NCBI GenBank assembly: GCA_964036045.1
Contig: OZ038378.1
Location: forward strand, 181,350,001 to 181,414,000
Origin: Eutreptiella sp. 'Long Island Sound 2002'
Lineage: Eukaryota > Protista > Euglenida
Length of the DNA stretch: 64,000 bases
Reading direction: 5' to 3'
This document shows, one piece after another, positions 11,136 through 24,100 of this stretch. Under the pieces are notes generated by a model, which was given only the letters and a program-made list of their open reading frames with translations, was not told where the DNA came from and made no database searches. Numbering within the stretch: the first letter of the stretch is position 1; every line of letters starts with the position of its first letter. The translations under genes were made by a program, and so were the position numbers.

Positions 11136-13232
11136 ATAAGAGATATACCCATTTCCCTGCTCACCTCACTTAAAATCTACTTTGCAGTCGAATTAAATTA
11201 TGAGTTGCTGCCTGTTGTTAAAATCCGAATGCATCGTCGTGTTGCCGCCAGTGTCTGTTGTTGTCAGAAACCCACGTGCACCAAGGGAAACCCGTTGCGA
11301 ACTTATGACTCAGTCGTGTAGCATGACAAATCAGCGTGTCGCAAGCAGTGCACAAGAGGACACAAAAAGCATAGACTACACCAAAGGGAGCACAGACGCG
11401 CACTGGCACGGTCCAGCCACAGTGACAGCGGCCACAGTGACAGCAATAGTCACAATGGCAGCTCATTTGACAGCGCGGATGGCAATGGCGCCGAGTGGGA
11501 TAAGGTGTTTGCAGCTGAGGCTTTAGTATTAGGAGAAAGAGTGGCTATGAACAGGTTTCTACTGTTACTGCTCCTCTTCTCCTTTCTGTTCCTGGAAAAA
11601 CGCATCTGGTAGCCCACAGCCTTCTCTGAAAGCTGGGTTCCTGATTTTACGCAGCTACCTCATGTTCTGATAAATATGCACGAACCTCTGGACCTTGTCA
11701 CCATAGAAATGAATCCTGCTGTTGCAGTGGATGAATGCAAACACACTCCAGTTGCACTCTGCAGCAGAAGCCACTGTAGGAGTAGAATGGACACACAGAG
11801 CGCAGGAAAACCCGCATGCACTCCACAGCAATGGGTGCATAGGCGGCAATGAAGCCACATCACTCTAGAATGTGGAGCAGCCTGCACATAACCTTGACGA
11901 AAGGGGCACAGGCACACCACACTTCCAATGAAATATTGCATGGCTCAGCCCCGCCCACGCACATATTGAAACGCATCCATGCCATTCGAGGGTGTGATTT
12001 GTGGGCACCCAAAGGAGTGCACATTTCTATGCCCTGTACCACTGGAAGGTAACTTTCTGTGGCGTTGAGGGATCCCGATCAACGCATGCCCTGGGGCATC
12101 CTGCAGGTGGTACCATTTGGGTCACAGTCTGATACATGCACACCACTGAGTGAAGCACGATGCTGCAGAATACAAAAGCGGGAGCGGGTGAAACTGGAAC
12201 ATGTTGGCAAACACGGCAGCAGCTCTGCTCAGGGCACGCCTTCTCCGATACCGTTCCAGGCCTGAAAGACTGCTGTCAGGGAGTGTAGTGCCTGAGGCGG
12301 TGACATGGCAGCTCTTGGCAGAAGCCGCCCCGAACTACTGCAGTGCGCGGCGTGCGGGCTAACAGGAGCACGAGCCATTCCGATATCTGCACCCACGGTT
12401 CTCACACAATTCCTTCGGCCCCACAATGCCCCTCGCTTGGGCACGCATGGGCCGCAGGCGTGTGTTGCGGACGGTCAGTGGCCTCTCGGACTGTGTAAAC
12501 GAGGAAATGGCCCAAGAAGAAAGAGCATTGCAGAGCTGGAACCCGAACTCCATACTGACCGTCACATAGGTGGTGCCACCACTGGTCACTGCATGCCTTA
12601 CCCCCCCACCCACCCACATGAGCAGGAAGCTTTGGCTATGGCTTTGGCATAGCAAACCCCCTCTTGTGAGAACAACGGTAAAAGCACTGAACTTGACGAA
12701 ACCAACACCTACTGTTGCTCTGACAAGGGCATCAGTAGGTGTAGGTGCAGCAGTAGGTGTTTGTCACGTGCGCGCCGCAAGAAGACACAAGCAGTGACCA
12801 TTGCTTAGTAAATGCACTAATCGTTAGGGGATTCCCCAACCTCTACCTCCAAAGGACAAGGAGGGGTGAAAGTGGGTGGCAGGACAGCAATCCGTTTTCC
12901 TAAAGTTCTGTCCCCAGCCCCAAATCACAAAAAAACCTGGATCTTCACAGACCACCGGAAAAAGGAAACGCCAGATTCGATGGTTTCACAAACTGTGGAA
13001 ACAGCACCTACTGTTGTCGTGACAAGTGCGTTCTCCCCGCAAAGGGCGACGCAGGCCGGTCGACAAGGCGCTCTACACATGCACGTCCTGGTATGGTATC
13101 CCACAGAGGGGGGCCATGAAGCAACGTATACATAGCTAACGAATGCCCCCGTCATTCGGTCATCGCTCAGTCAGTTCATTGTATCGTCCTTCCATCGTCC
13201 AGCGCTGCAGCTCTGGTTCGTGCTGTCACAGT

Positions 13233-13870
13233 TCAGCTCATCCCCCTCCCTGACAACCCGGTGAGCCTCCTCTTATTGTCGGGCACTGCCAGAGACTCTT
13301 CCAACGTATCACTGGCATCACTGCCGAACTCTTCGTCAGCACTGCGGGCTGGCTCTGCACTGTCCGACACATCACTGCCACGCAATCCCCCACTCATATC
13401 GTCATCCCTGGGTTCATCCAGTTCCTCGAGCCCTAAGTCATGCCATATGTCCCTGACCTCTCTATCCCTCAGCACTTCTTTAAACGCTTGCACCGACCCC
13501 CTGACTGCTCCTTCATCTGCTGGTTCACCACCTTGTATACCAACATGTGATGGTACCCATTGCACGGGGACACTGTCACCCAACAGCAAACATTGTCCCC
13601 ACAGCTCTGATCAACAATCAACATGCGCCAGCGGCTCTCTCGTGACCCCACCCACCCCTACCACCGCCACTTGCCACATTTTCCCTGCAGCCCCAGGTCC
13701 ACCAGTTCGCTGTCTGTTACCAAATGTAACTTGACATCCGGCTGTTTCTTGGTCAGTGCCAGCAGCACTGCCGGCAACTCCGCTCATGTAAAAAGATTGC
13801 TTTTTATTTACTGGTGCCGGGTGATCTGCATTATGGGCCACTTGGTCCAAAACACACACTGAACCCTGTG
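13233..13870 (-). mobile_element. Retroelement relic: frameshifted RNase HI domain with acidic C-terminal tail
   Basis: Joined frames read GFSVCFGP..ELPAVLLAL..LHLVTDSELVDLGLQGKCGKW..GWVGSRE..SELWGQC..VQWVPSHVGIQGGEPADEGA, carrying the RNase HI E, D, WVPSH and final D motifs. Contains stops and frameshifts. Confidence 0.75.
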
Positions 13871-14309
13871 GGGGATCACCCTGATGTGTTTTTATGGGAC
13901 CTGTGACAGAATGCTACATCCCATGCCTAATTTCCCACAAAGAGGGGGCCTCAAAAGGTCAGGTGTGGACCGGCCACTTTGCTCCAGCCGCGCCTGCCTC
14001 CGCACGGCCTTCATCGCCTCATCAGTTCCAATGTATGTTCCAGGCTGTCGCCATGTCAAGTCCTTCTTGCTGCTCCCTTACCTCTCCCAGGGGCCAGTGG
14101 TTGTTCGCTGGCTTCGGGTTCGTACACTGTCGTGCGACCAATCTCGCCGTGCACCACCGGCGGCCAACTGGGGGGGTATTCGGTTGGGGGTAGAAGGTTG
14201 GTTGCCCTGACCGTGTCCCTGCCCCGGTCCCTGTCTGCACGTACAAATGCATTCATTTTTGGATGCTGCAACCCGCCAACATGCAACCCGCCAACAGATA
14301 TGCACACAC

Positions 14310-14507
14310 CTGCTCATAATACTCTTTGCAGTACGGAGCCTCATTGATCGCACAAAATCGCATTGTGCAGGCAGCAGGTTGATCACGCCCAACCCCAACA
14401 GAACATGTGTTGCACCCATCATACCAAACCTTACAATTGGGTGGAATCTCAGACGCGCAAGAAGAGGCCAAAACCAAGGCCACGGCAAACCATTTCAGGA
14501 GAGACAT
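14310..14507 (-). CDS. First exon (or most of the CDS) of a small secreted Cys-rich protein, WYDGCNxC..CTxxxC type
   Basis: Signal-peptide-like MSLLKWFAVALVLASSCA, then IPPNCKVWYDGCNTCSVGVGRDQPAACTMRFCAINEAPYCKEYYEQ. Donor-like CAG|GTGTGT at 14310/14309. If unspliced the ORF ends at 14253. Confidence 0.7.
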
Positions 14508-14870
14508 GATAGAGGAGAGAAGCTAACGTCACGAGCGCGCATGGACAATGGATCCTACTGTCGGGTGTCCACCTTTCTGGCATACAGGCATTGTACCTTC
14601 CTCTCATACAGCCACTCGGGGAGTTAGGAAAGGGGCGAGGCTATCGCCCACTTTGGGGGAGTGTTTGCCCAGTGCTCTACTTTTGTACCTAGTATTCCGC
14701 CTTTAGCCCCACCCTTACCCTCCCCTAGAAAAGCCCACCCAAGCAGACCAGACCCAACCCCAAAGCCTTCCCTACAAAGCACACAACATAAAACCAAACC
14801 TGTGAATTCCACTTGCTCTACATGTGTTGTGCCTAATAAACAGGCACTGGTTGTCCTGTGGTGAAGGTTA

Positions 14871-15935
14871 CCCCCCCCCCTTGTATAAGCAACGCCAAAG
14901 TCCCAAATTAATACGGTCCCTATGCCTGCTGTAGCTTGGACACGGGCGTAGCTTGTGCGCGACACATGCAACTACCGACACACATGTAAGTGAGCGCATA
15001 GTATGAGTGACACATGTTCTCACAAGCTATGAAGCATGAGAAGCCTACAAATGTTCGGCTTAGAAACCCTTCTTGTGATCATACGCCATGCGGAAGAACT
15101 GCACATGCACACCATTTGAAGCCCACCACCCCCTGGACACAGTACTACCTCTCACGGCACACCCTTGCCGAATACCCGTCATGGGAGCAGCTCGTGATGT
15201 TTAATCTTAGGAGGTACTCATTTGCAGTGGAGCGCCGAGGCCCGCTGCTTCTGTGGGAACAGGGGATGCGTGTGTCTCGCTCCTTGTTTGTGACGCGCAG
15301 TGAGGAACGTGCCTGGCGTCTGATGCGTAGGGAATACTACCTTCACCACCCAGCTCCTCCACCCCAGACCCCCCAGACCACAGCACACAGCAAAGAACCC
15401 ATAGTCAAATCCCCTAGTCAGCCATCCCTCACGCAGCTGGCCGCACACCGGAGGACATCTCCGCTGCCTCTTCAGAACGTAAACCCCCAACCCATGAATG
15501 GTAACCCCCCGTTGGCGCGATGCCTTTGAAGATGCCTTCACCTGAGGTTTAGGGGCTGGTTTGGGCTGAGGCAACTTCAGGTGCTTGGGAATGAAATTGC
15601 ATGTGGTCTCTGGTAAAATACAACTTCCCATCAAAGACATGGGCCATTCCCCACACACCTCGGGCAGCCTTAGCCCAAAAAAAATTCAGTGGGAGCAGTC
15701 ACTAGAATCATCACTTGAAGAAGAGGACTCAGAAATGGGGTGGGTTCAAGTGGGCAAACACTCACAACAAATGTGTCCATGACTCCATGTGACTAGCAAA
15801 TTTGTCAAGCCCATGTCTTATGTGGCTGCACTACATTTGTTACCGAATTAAAATTAGGTACCAAATTAATACGGTCCCTACGCCTACTGCAGCTTAGACA
15901 AGGGTGTAGCTTATACAAGGGGGGGGGGGGTGGGG
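14871..15935. mobile_element. TA-flanked TIR element, 1065 bp, poly-C/poly-G ends
   Basis: TA at 14869-70 and 15936-37. TIR is CCCTTGTATAAGC / GCTTATACAAGGG. A 52-bp direct repeat sits at 14903-14954 and 15861-15912. Confidence 0.8.
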
Positions 15936-18900
15936 TAGTTCCTAACCCCTTGCACAGGGACGACCCAGGCAAGGGCTACTGCCTGGGTGAATATGACCCG
16001 TGTGGAGGGATGTACTTGGTGAACCTAAAGAGGGGGATCGTGCACACAATCATGTGGCGGGGGGAAAGCATCTGCCAATAATCAGGAGACCCGGGCCTGG
16101 ATATCCCAAATGTGTGTACTGTACCATAAATCAGGTTGCTGTTGCGATGGCTAAATCAATGCAGAGCACGCAAGGTGAATTACTGTGAGGCACAGATTTC
16201 TGCACAGCAGGCCTCAAACAGTAAGACGCTTCATATGTGGCAAAGCTGCTGTATCCGAGCATGATGTCTCATTTGTGTGCGTGTGTGCGTTCTGCTGCAA
16301 TCTTACAGACTCGAGAGAAACTGGGGAGTAGTAGATTCATTACGTGCACGACACAATGTGATGGTGTGCTTCTGGTAGCACAATGTGCAAACCTCAACCT
16401 CATCTGCTCCATCATCTTGCGTGGCGCCTGAGTTAATTGCACCAGCAGTTTTCCAAACATGAGGAGGGACGTGTTCCCACGGTCTGTAAGGGGGGGTACC
16501 AAACCTGCCTCTGAATAAAAAATTTGTGCAAAATGCAAAAAAATATGGACTGACTGATGCAACTCATTTGGACTGCCAGATCAAATGTTCCTCACCAAAC
16601 CCCAATGCCACAATTGCTCAATCCACACCCTGTACCACCCATGCACATCATTATTTATTACCGTCTTACAGTCCACAACGTGGAGCGGAATAACATGGAC
16701 CAGTTAACCTCAATGGCACCAGACAAATGCATTCAACAGTGGCTACATGAGCGCTGCCATCCCAGGGTCTCCAAGGTGGGGAGGAATCAAAGTGGCTACA
16801 TAACCCCTGCCTTCTCGGCGTGCCCACAGTGGGGAGGAATCACAGTTGCTTAGTATAGTGTTGATCGGGGGCATTTTGGCCTAAAAAGATGCTTGGCGCA
16901 CGCCCAGCACACGAACATTCCCCCCTTGGGAGGACTTTTTCACGTGAAAATATCACATGGTCGCAACAGTCATGCATATAACAATCTAGAAAATGAACTC
17001 CAGAAATCAACAGCAAAATGCACTGAACATTGGATCCAATGAACCACAAATGTGCACAGCTCTGTATCAAGTGTCAAAATGCAGGGCTGCAATTCACATT
17101 GCAAGGCTGAAGAGACTGATACTGGTGCATTCAACAAGCACTGGTGACAATGCTATCAGTACTTTGTGCACACAATCAACAATGCAATGGCAAGCCCTGG
17201 CCATGTGTCGGTGAATACAGATGTGATGGCATGGCACAGCACATAAGCAGGCAAAATGTGCCTCAGAGCAATATACACAGATGGGCTGATGGAGCACTGC
17301 ATGCATGTGTGTGGAGCCAATATCCTTGCACTGTGCATACTTTGAGGGTTTGCATGGGACTTGCTAGGATTCAAAAATGCTCAGAAAGCGCCGCTTGTTC
17401 AATGAGCAGTCTTCCCACAACGCCGATGAAATAGCAAAAAGAGGTGCACTTCAGTAGACAATTGATTTTCGGGACCACCAGCAAGTGCCCATTCTTGTTT
17501 GGGTCAGCAGGGGAATTGTCAAATTTTTCTGACATGGCCAACATTTGAACACCTTCCTAAAAGGGACCTCAAAGAATTACATATTTATTGAGCAGGGGTT
17601 GTGAAACGAACCACTTTCAGAGTATTCTACAACATTGCCAGCGTGGGCATCATATCATACATTGTCTGTGCGTGTGACGCAACATGTGGCGTGTGGTACT
17701 TGACGCAAAAGCTCCGTGCAATGCACACCTGCATTGCATGGGATGGCACGTGCTCTATATATCTACACAACTTCTCAGGATTGGGGGAGAGGCCAGTCCA
17801 AGTGAACCGGAATTCCCCCAATACCCCCCCCCCCCCCCCTTACACTTCTCACACACATCATCAGTGGTGGAGAGCACCCAACAAATTTGACGGCAGGAAA
17901 TGACTGCATGTGGAGCCTGCCGGCGCCAGCAGGGGAGTGGATGGCACGAGGGCAGCATGCTGCACTGGTGAGCAGTAGTGAGCAGGGACTATTATTCCTT
18001 TTTCATTTCACACATCGCACTTCTCCTCCCCAGTCCCAATAGGCGTAAGACCTCAGCCAACAACCAGGTCACTGTGGGTTCATGCAAAAATTCAATGTCA
18101 GTTGATACATGAGGAGCAGGGGCCTGGCCATTTAGAGAATGAATGGGAGATTGCAGTGGAGGAACTTATATCCCTCAACACCGTGCAATTAGGTCACCCA
18201 AGCGGTACGGGCCAGGAACCCCCTGATAGTATGCAAGGTGACAGATCCGGTTTGGGCGCCAATAACCTCCCAGAACTTTCCCGACCATCAGCAATTTGTA
18301 CTACACCATACGCACAATATGCCACCAACCACACACCACACAAGAACTGGTGTGCACAACCAAACTGCTCGTCCTTGCGCATTATGAAACAGAGCCTTGG
18401 GCACCTCAAACTACAAAGTACTTTGGGGCGGATATGTACAAGGGCAAGGGAGGGCGGAAGGGAGGGAGGAAGCGAGGAAGGAGGCAAGTGCGACCTGGAT
18501 CGCGGACATAGAAACATATGCCTCGTTGAAACTTACCCCCTCCGGCTGCAAGGCTTACTCTTAGTCGAGTGGACGCAAATCCCACGTAGAGTGCAACTAA
18601 AATGAGGGTTCATTGCACTTCAGCAAACACCAAAGGGGTAATCAACTTCACGCATCATCGTGCCACATGGAGGGCATCGGATGCCTCGCACATGGTAGTC
18701 AGCCATATGACCACGGTCTCAACGTCAGGCTTTGCACTGTGGCTCCCATCTATCCGCGTGGAGGCTCCCGCTCTTGACGTCACTTGGAATATTCCAACGG
18801 ACGCCGAACGCACCAAAAACACACACCAAAGATCGACATGCCCCTGCGCATGTGTATCACTCCATCCTTGTACATGCGCTGAGGTCATGGAGGGAGGGGG

Positions 18901-19501
18901 AGGAAGGGGGTGCGGAGCAGGGAGGCACATCAACATCATGTCTGGGTAGAACTAGGGTTGTACGAGTGTGCAAGACGTTTATTACTGTGTTGTACCCCTG
19001 CGTTGTGTTGCACAGACGAGGGTGGTAGGTGTGTACGTGCGTGCTGGAAAAGACTCTGTTGCTAGGAAGCCAGAATTAGAAATGCGCAGAGTAGAAAACA
19101 AGCAACAGAACAATGTTGTACCACATGTTGATGATGGGACAAAGATATGATGCATGATGGGTTCTCTGAGGGAATGATGCGGAAATAGAGCACAGATGAC
19201 GCGGAGACGGGAGACAGCGGGAGATAATGGGAGATGATGTGGAGGAATTCGGATGCGGAGGAATCTCGCGCATCATCTCAAACTGGAGAAGAGCCCCTGC
19301 CGCGACGCCTCTTAGGGGGCGGATGTTCACAGCAAGGACATTGATACGAAGGCTGCAACTGCCACCACAACACCAGCCAGTGCAGCTCCTGGGACTTCAA
19401 TGTCTCTGGTTTGGGCTGCGGTCTGCTGCCCGGCTGACGGATGGGGGGCAGAGGCAGGGGCGACACACTGCAACTTTGTGTTCTGGGCTCAAAGGAGACA
19501 T

Positions 19502-19694
19502 CTAAGGCTCTTGGCAAGAGATTGCTGCTTGCGCCGCTGCCAAGATGGCGACAGGGACGCGGTACGGCGAGCAGCTGACATAGTGCAGGGGCACTGAGTG
19601 AAAGAACTGGATCGACTTGGGGTCACCACCGTGTTCTCCACAAATGCCGCACTTCAGACTTGGGCGTGCAGACCGGCCTTTCGCCACGGCCATT
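19502..19694 (-). CDS. PPDK: PPDK exon 12 (last)
   Basis: Acceptor TACAG|A; [36 protein letters not shown] stop at 19502-19504. Confidence 0.95.
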
Positions 19695-21130
19695 CTGTAC
19701 ACAAGTATTATGCTTCTCCGAGGAGCACTTGTCACTTGCACTGCAGCGCTCCACAATCAGGGAGGGGTTTGTTGTGCAGCACAATTCTTCCACCTTTGGA
19801 TTACCCGATGAACATGCCCCGCGGATATAGGCTGCACCCCCCCCCCCCGGGGCTCCAGGGTCGTTGTACAGTACCCTGCCTGGGGATGGGATGTTGTAAC
19901 CCTCAGGGCAGGGTGGGTGTGCATGTCACAAGAGTCAGAACCCCGGAGAACTACATAAATCTTTGCTCATTGCGCGCTACACGTGCGCCCGGCACCCAGC
20001 CCGGTGCAAGTTGTGATGCCGAGTATCTCGACTTTAGCCCCAGTTTAACCCTCCCTTGTTGGCAAGATCCTAACAAGAATACTAAAAATAGCTAAATTGT
20101 TGTTCGAACACAACCAGAGGAGCTCATTCCATCCCATTCATTGCATTCGTCACCATGATAGTGAAAAGCAATGCACCAAAGACTACCATTTGATATTTGA
20201 ACAGTGCACGTCGGGATGGGAATGGCTATTTTGTTTATGACACATTTGACCAATTATATGCCCATCAGTTCAATTAGAGGGGGCCGGAGGACTGCGTTTT
20301 GGAATCCCAAATACAGGTCACATGTTTACAAGGTCACCGTTGAGGTTGATATGTTGGGCAATACTGTAAATGAAAATGGGAAAATGATTGAAACGATTCC
20401 CTCTTTGTAGTTGGTGGTGGGATCAACAATTCATGAACCGTACAGCGACGCAAAGTGTTCGGAACGGTGGCAACCAAGAAAATTGGAGGCGCAGAACAAA
20501 ATACGGACCTGCGTACGTGACATGGCAAATCCTGCCAATTTTTTTTTTGGTCCATTCTCTTCCGCACTATGGTTTTGTCAGGTGGACATTTGTCTCGTGT
20601 CCGACACCCGGATGCAAGTGCGCCACAGGAGACATCAAATCGGTGCAAGCGTTCCCAGAGTGTCAGGAAACCAGGGAAGACGTGACAGGAAAGGGTCCAA
20701 AAGGGCGCCATTTTCTGGGCACAGGTCCAGAAATAGCATCAGCTTCAGGCCATAACCCACATCCAGATTGCAAGCCCTTCACTGCACAACATGGCCCACC
20801 TGAGCATCTCGCCAACGCCCTCCGTATCGATGCTCTGAAAGGGGTCGCAAGGGAAGATGCCCTTTTCCACGTACTCGCCCAAGAACTTTCCGGCGTCGTC
20901 ACGCGAGAACCCGCACCCCATCTGCGTGAGATCGTTGGTCCCGAACGAGAAGAATTCGGCCTCGCGAGCGATCTGGTCCGCAGTGACGCATGCCCTGCGC
21001 ACAGCGTGTGGCATGGAGCTTAAGTGAGCGGGTGTTGACGTCTTGACGTCCCACTGGGGTGTGCCATGGGGTCCCATCCTCCCTCCCGCCGGTGGGTCGA
21101 GAGAACGTGTGAGCGTGGAAAAGGAGATCG

Positions 21131-21178
<48 letters not shown>

Positions 21179-24100
21179 GGGGGGGGGGGGAGGGAGGGAG
21201 GGAGGGAGGGAGGGGGAGGGAGGGAGGAGGAGGAGGAGGAGGAGGAGGAGGAGACGAGGAGGAGGAGGAGCAGTGACTCAGCTCTGTGCTGTCTACTCAG
21301 CCAGGGGTGGCTCACGGGAGGCTGCCGAGGCGAATCACATACTGACTTGAGGATCGTTGCAGAGCTTACAAAGACATACCCCAGGGTTCCCCCAGAGGAC
21401 CACACTGGCTCAGAAGCCTCCCTCTGAACGTCTAATACCAAGCAATTCGTACCACCAGAGGGTGGGCGTGGCATTCACGCACCATTATTACCCAGTTAGG
21501 CGCATTTTTGACCCCCTAGAGCCGGGAATTACTCATCATTTTGCGCAAATAACTAGGATTGTACGGCATTTGATTCTCCTCAAGGGAGGATCAGGGCTGC
21601 TGAGGACTGTTGACGGTTGTTGAGAGTTTTTGGGAGTCTCTGCACATGGTAACTGCCGACAGTTGAGCACCAACAAACATCGACTGGTTAGGGTCACTAT
21701 TACGGTTGGATCGACACGTACCCTGGCCCGAAATAAGTGCCCCCCTCTCCAGCTTCCTGCCCCATGATGTCCTAGTATGTAGTATTGGTGGATAGGGATA
21801 ATCATGTGCGTTCCCCAAGTGCCCCACTAGCTCGGTATTCAATCGTGTTAGAACTAGAATTAGGGGTCGGTGGCAAGCTTGTGTCATAAACCAGATTGAG
21901 AATCATACACTCTACATTCTATCATTTTAGCGAACAAGAGATTGGACATGCACAATGGACAATTTTGCAGTAGGCCATTGTGAACAAAATATCCTCGAAG
22001 CGGCTAACGGAAGTAATGGCCCCTGTCAATTGAGCCCGGTCTCACCCCCCCGCCCACCCGGTTGTTGGGGGCTGTATTGACCCCACCCCACCCAAGGTTG
22101 AATACCCACCACCTGGACACCCTCCCGTGTGTAGCAAACCTGTTTCACGATTGTCGCTGCTAATGCGCCATTTCTTTTTGTTGCTACCTTCCCTTTTGTC
22201 CCTCCCCATTATACCCCATGTGATCATTGGCCTGTTTGTATTGGCAGTGTTTTTGGTTCACGTGCCCTCTGAAATGCTGGGCTGGTATGTTGGTGGTATG
22301 TTGTTGTTATGTATGTATTTGGGTTAAGAACACCACCAGATCCTGCATGGACTCAGCGAGATAGCATTGTCCTCTGAACCACTGCATGTTGGGGAATGCT
22401 CTTATCTCTTCCAAGGCATGGGCAGTGATGCAGTCCATAGGTCTGTCTATATCTTCTAGCTGTTGCTGAAATGTCCTACTGTCTGCATTCTCTTCTTTTT
22501 GTTTGGTGGGCGTTTCCCCTTTTTTTTCATGGCTGTTACCTTGTTACCTGTTGGAAAGAGGTTCTTGTGCACCCTGCTGCAGAACTGGATGGGTTCCTGT
22601 CGCTCTGGCAATCTAGTCATCTCTTTCTTCTTTTTGCCGACACTCTTGCATGACTGCCCTTCACTTTGGGGTGGCTTGAAATTTGGGCCTAGGGAGAGTG
22701 CTGGGGGCGGGGCGGGGGGGGGGGGGGGGAAGGCAACCCTGCTCTCCCTCCATCCCAATACATGGGTGGTCAAGATGCGCATAGATGACCTGCAACCGTC
22801 AGATGACCCAAACGGTACCCACCAGCGCGTCCAACATGCCCCCCCCCCCCCGTAACGATTGCCTTGCGCAACAACCACAACCACTCCCTGCCCAAGCATC
22901 ATGTTTCTTGAATCTACTGTTTTTGACTCAATTGTTGTTGTTTCGTGGCTGTGGGACGAGTTCTCGTGGCTGTTGGACATATAGGCAGGCATGTACAATG
23001 GATTTGGATACATGTCAGATTACAATTTGGGCATGCAGCACAACTATTGAGGCAGGTAGGGATGCCTGGGAGAACATTCCTGGTGAACATTTGTGAATGG
23101 CTATGGTGTGCGCCCTCTTCCGTAGTGGTTGGAAGCTGGCTCAGCCTGAAGACGTCGCTAATTTTCCAGCAAACCACCAAATGAACACCGATTTTCGTCC
23201 CATGAAGCCTCATGTTGCTTTGTCAATGTGCTTGCCAATGAGACGGGTATTTGGCCATATACCCCCTGGCGCAATGCTCCGGAATGTTCTTTCTGGGCTG
23301 GATTGGGCGTGTGGTGGGCTGGGCGGGGGGGTCACTAGAGACCCCTGAGCGGACTTCTTGTTGCAGACTTCTTTCTGGCCACCTCCAAAGGCCAGAGTTC
23401 GCTCAGATGAGTCAACGGGCGACCCTCTCTACACCTGTGGCACAGAGCTGAAGCTTGTGTAGAGGTGAAACATGAGGCCCGCGCTGAAGAACGGAGAGGC
23501 CAGCCTGCAAAGGGGCAGTCATCCTCTCCTTGTGCACATGGGACTGGCGTCCAATAGCACTGAACTGACTTCTCCTGAAATGTGACCCTCCGTCCCCGCA
23601 AAAAGGTTCCATTGACACGGCCCCTAAAACCCAACCGAGCCCGACCCCTCGGGCCTTGTACGTCATCTGGACCCCGAAATTGGGAGAAAATTGAACGTAG
23701 AATTTGTGGAATTAAAATGCCGCGGGAGTCCACAAAAATCGTCAAGTGCCTTGTATTCAGTGAAGACCATGAAAACCCTTGCAAAGTAATTTTTGGGCCT
23801 TCAACTGCTGACCAATCAATGGCGCTCTCAACAAAACCCCTTTCTCAGACCCCCCTCCCCCCATTTTTCGGGGGCTCTATCCCCCCCCCCCCTCCAAGAT
23901 GAAAACCTGACTTCCCCTGCAGAAGTGCAGGACGGCCTTATCCAGCGACTACCTGGTTACCATCGCCGCGGTGGTGTTGGGCTGGTTGTGCGGTCAGAGG
24001 GAGGGAGAGGGGGTGTGAGGGACCGCGCTGCCATCCCACAAACAACAATCCACTACACCCAGCACAGAACAGGTGCGCTTCTGGACAATCAACGGCGGAA

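Noticed and set aside
22914-23100. Possible third RNase H relic ([14 protein letters not shown])
   Set aside because: The match is too short and lacks the catalytic motifs.
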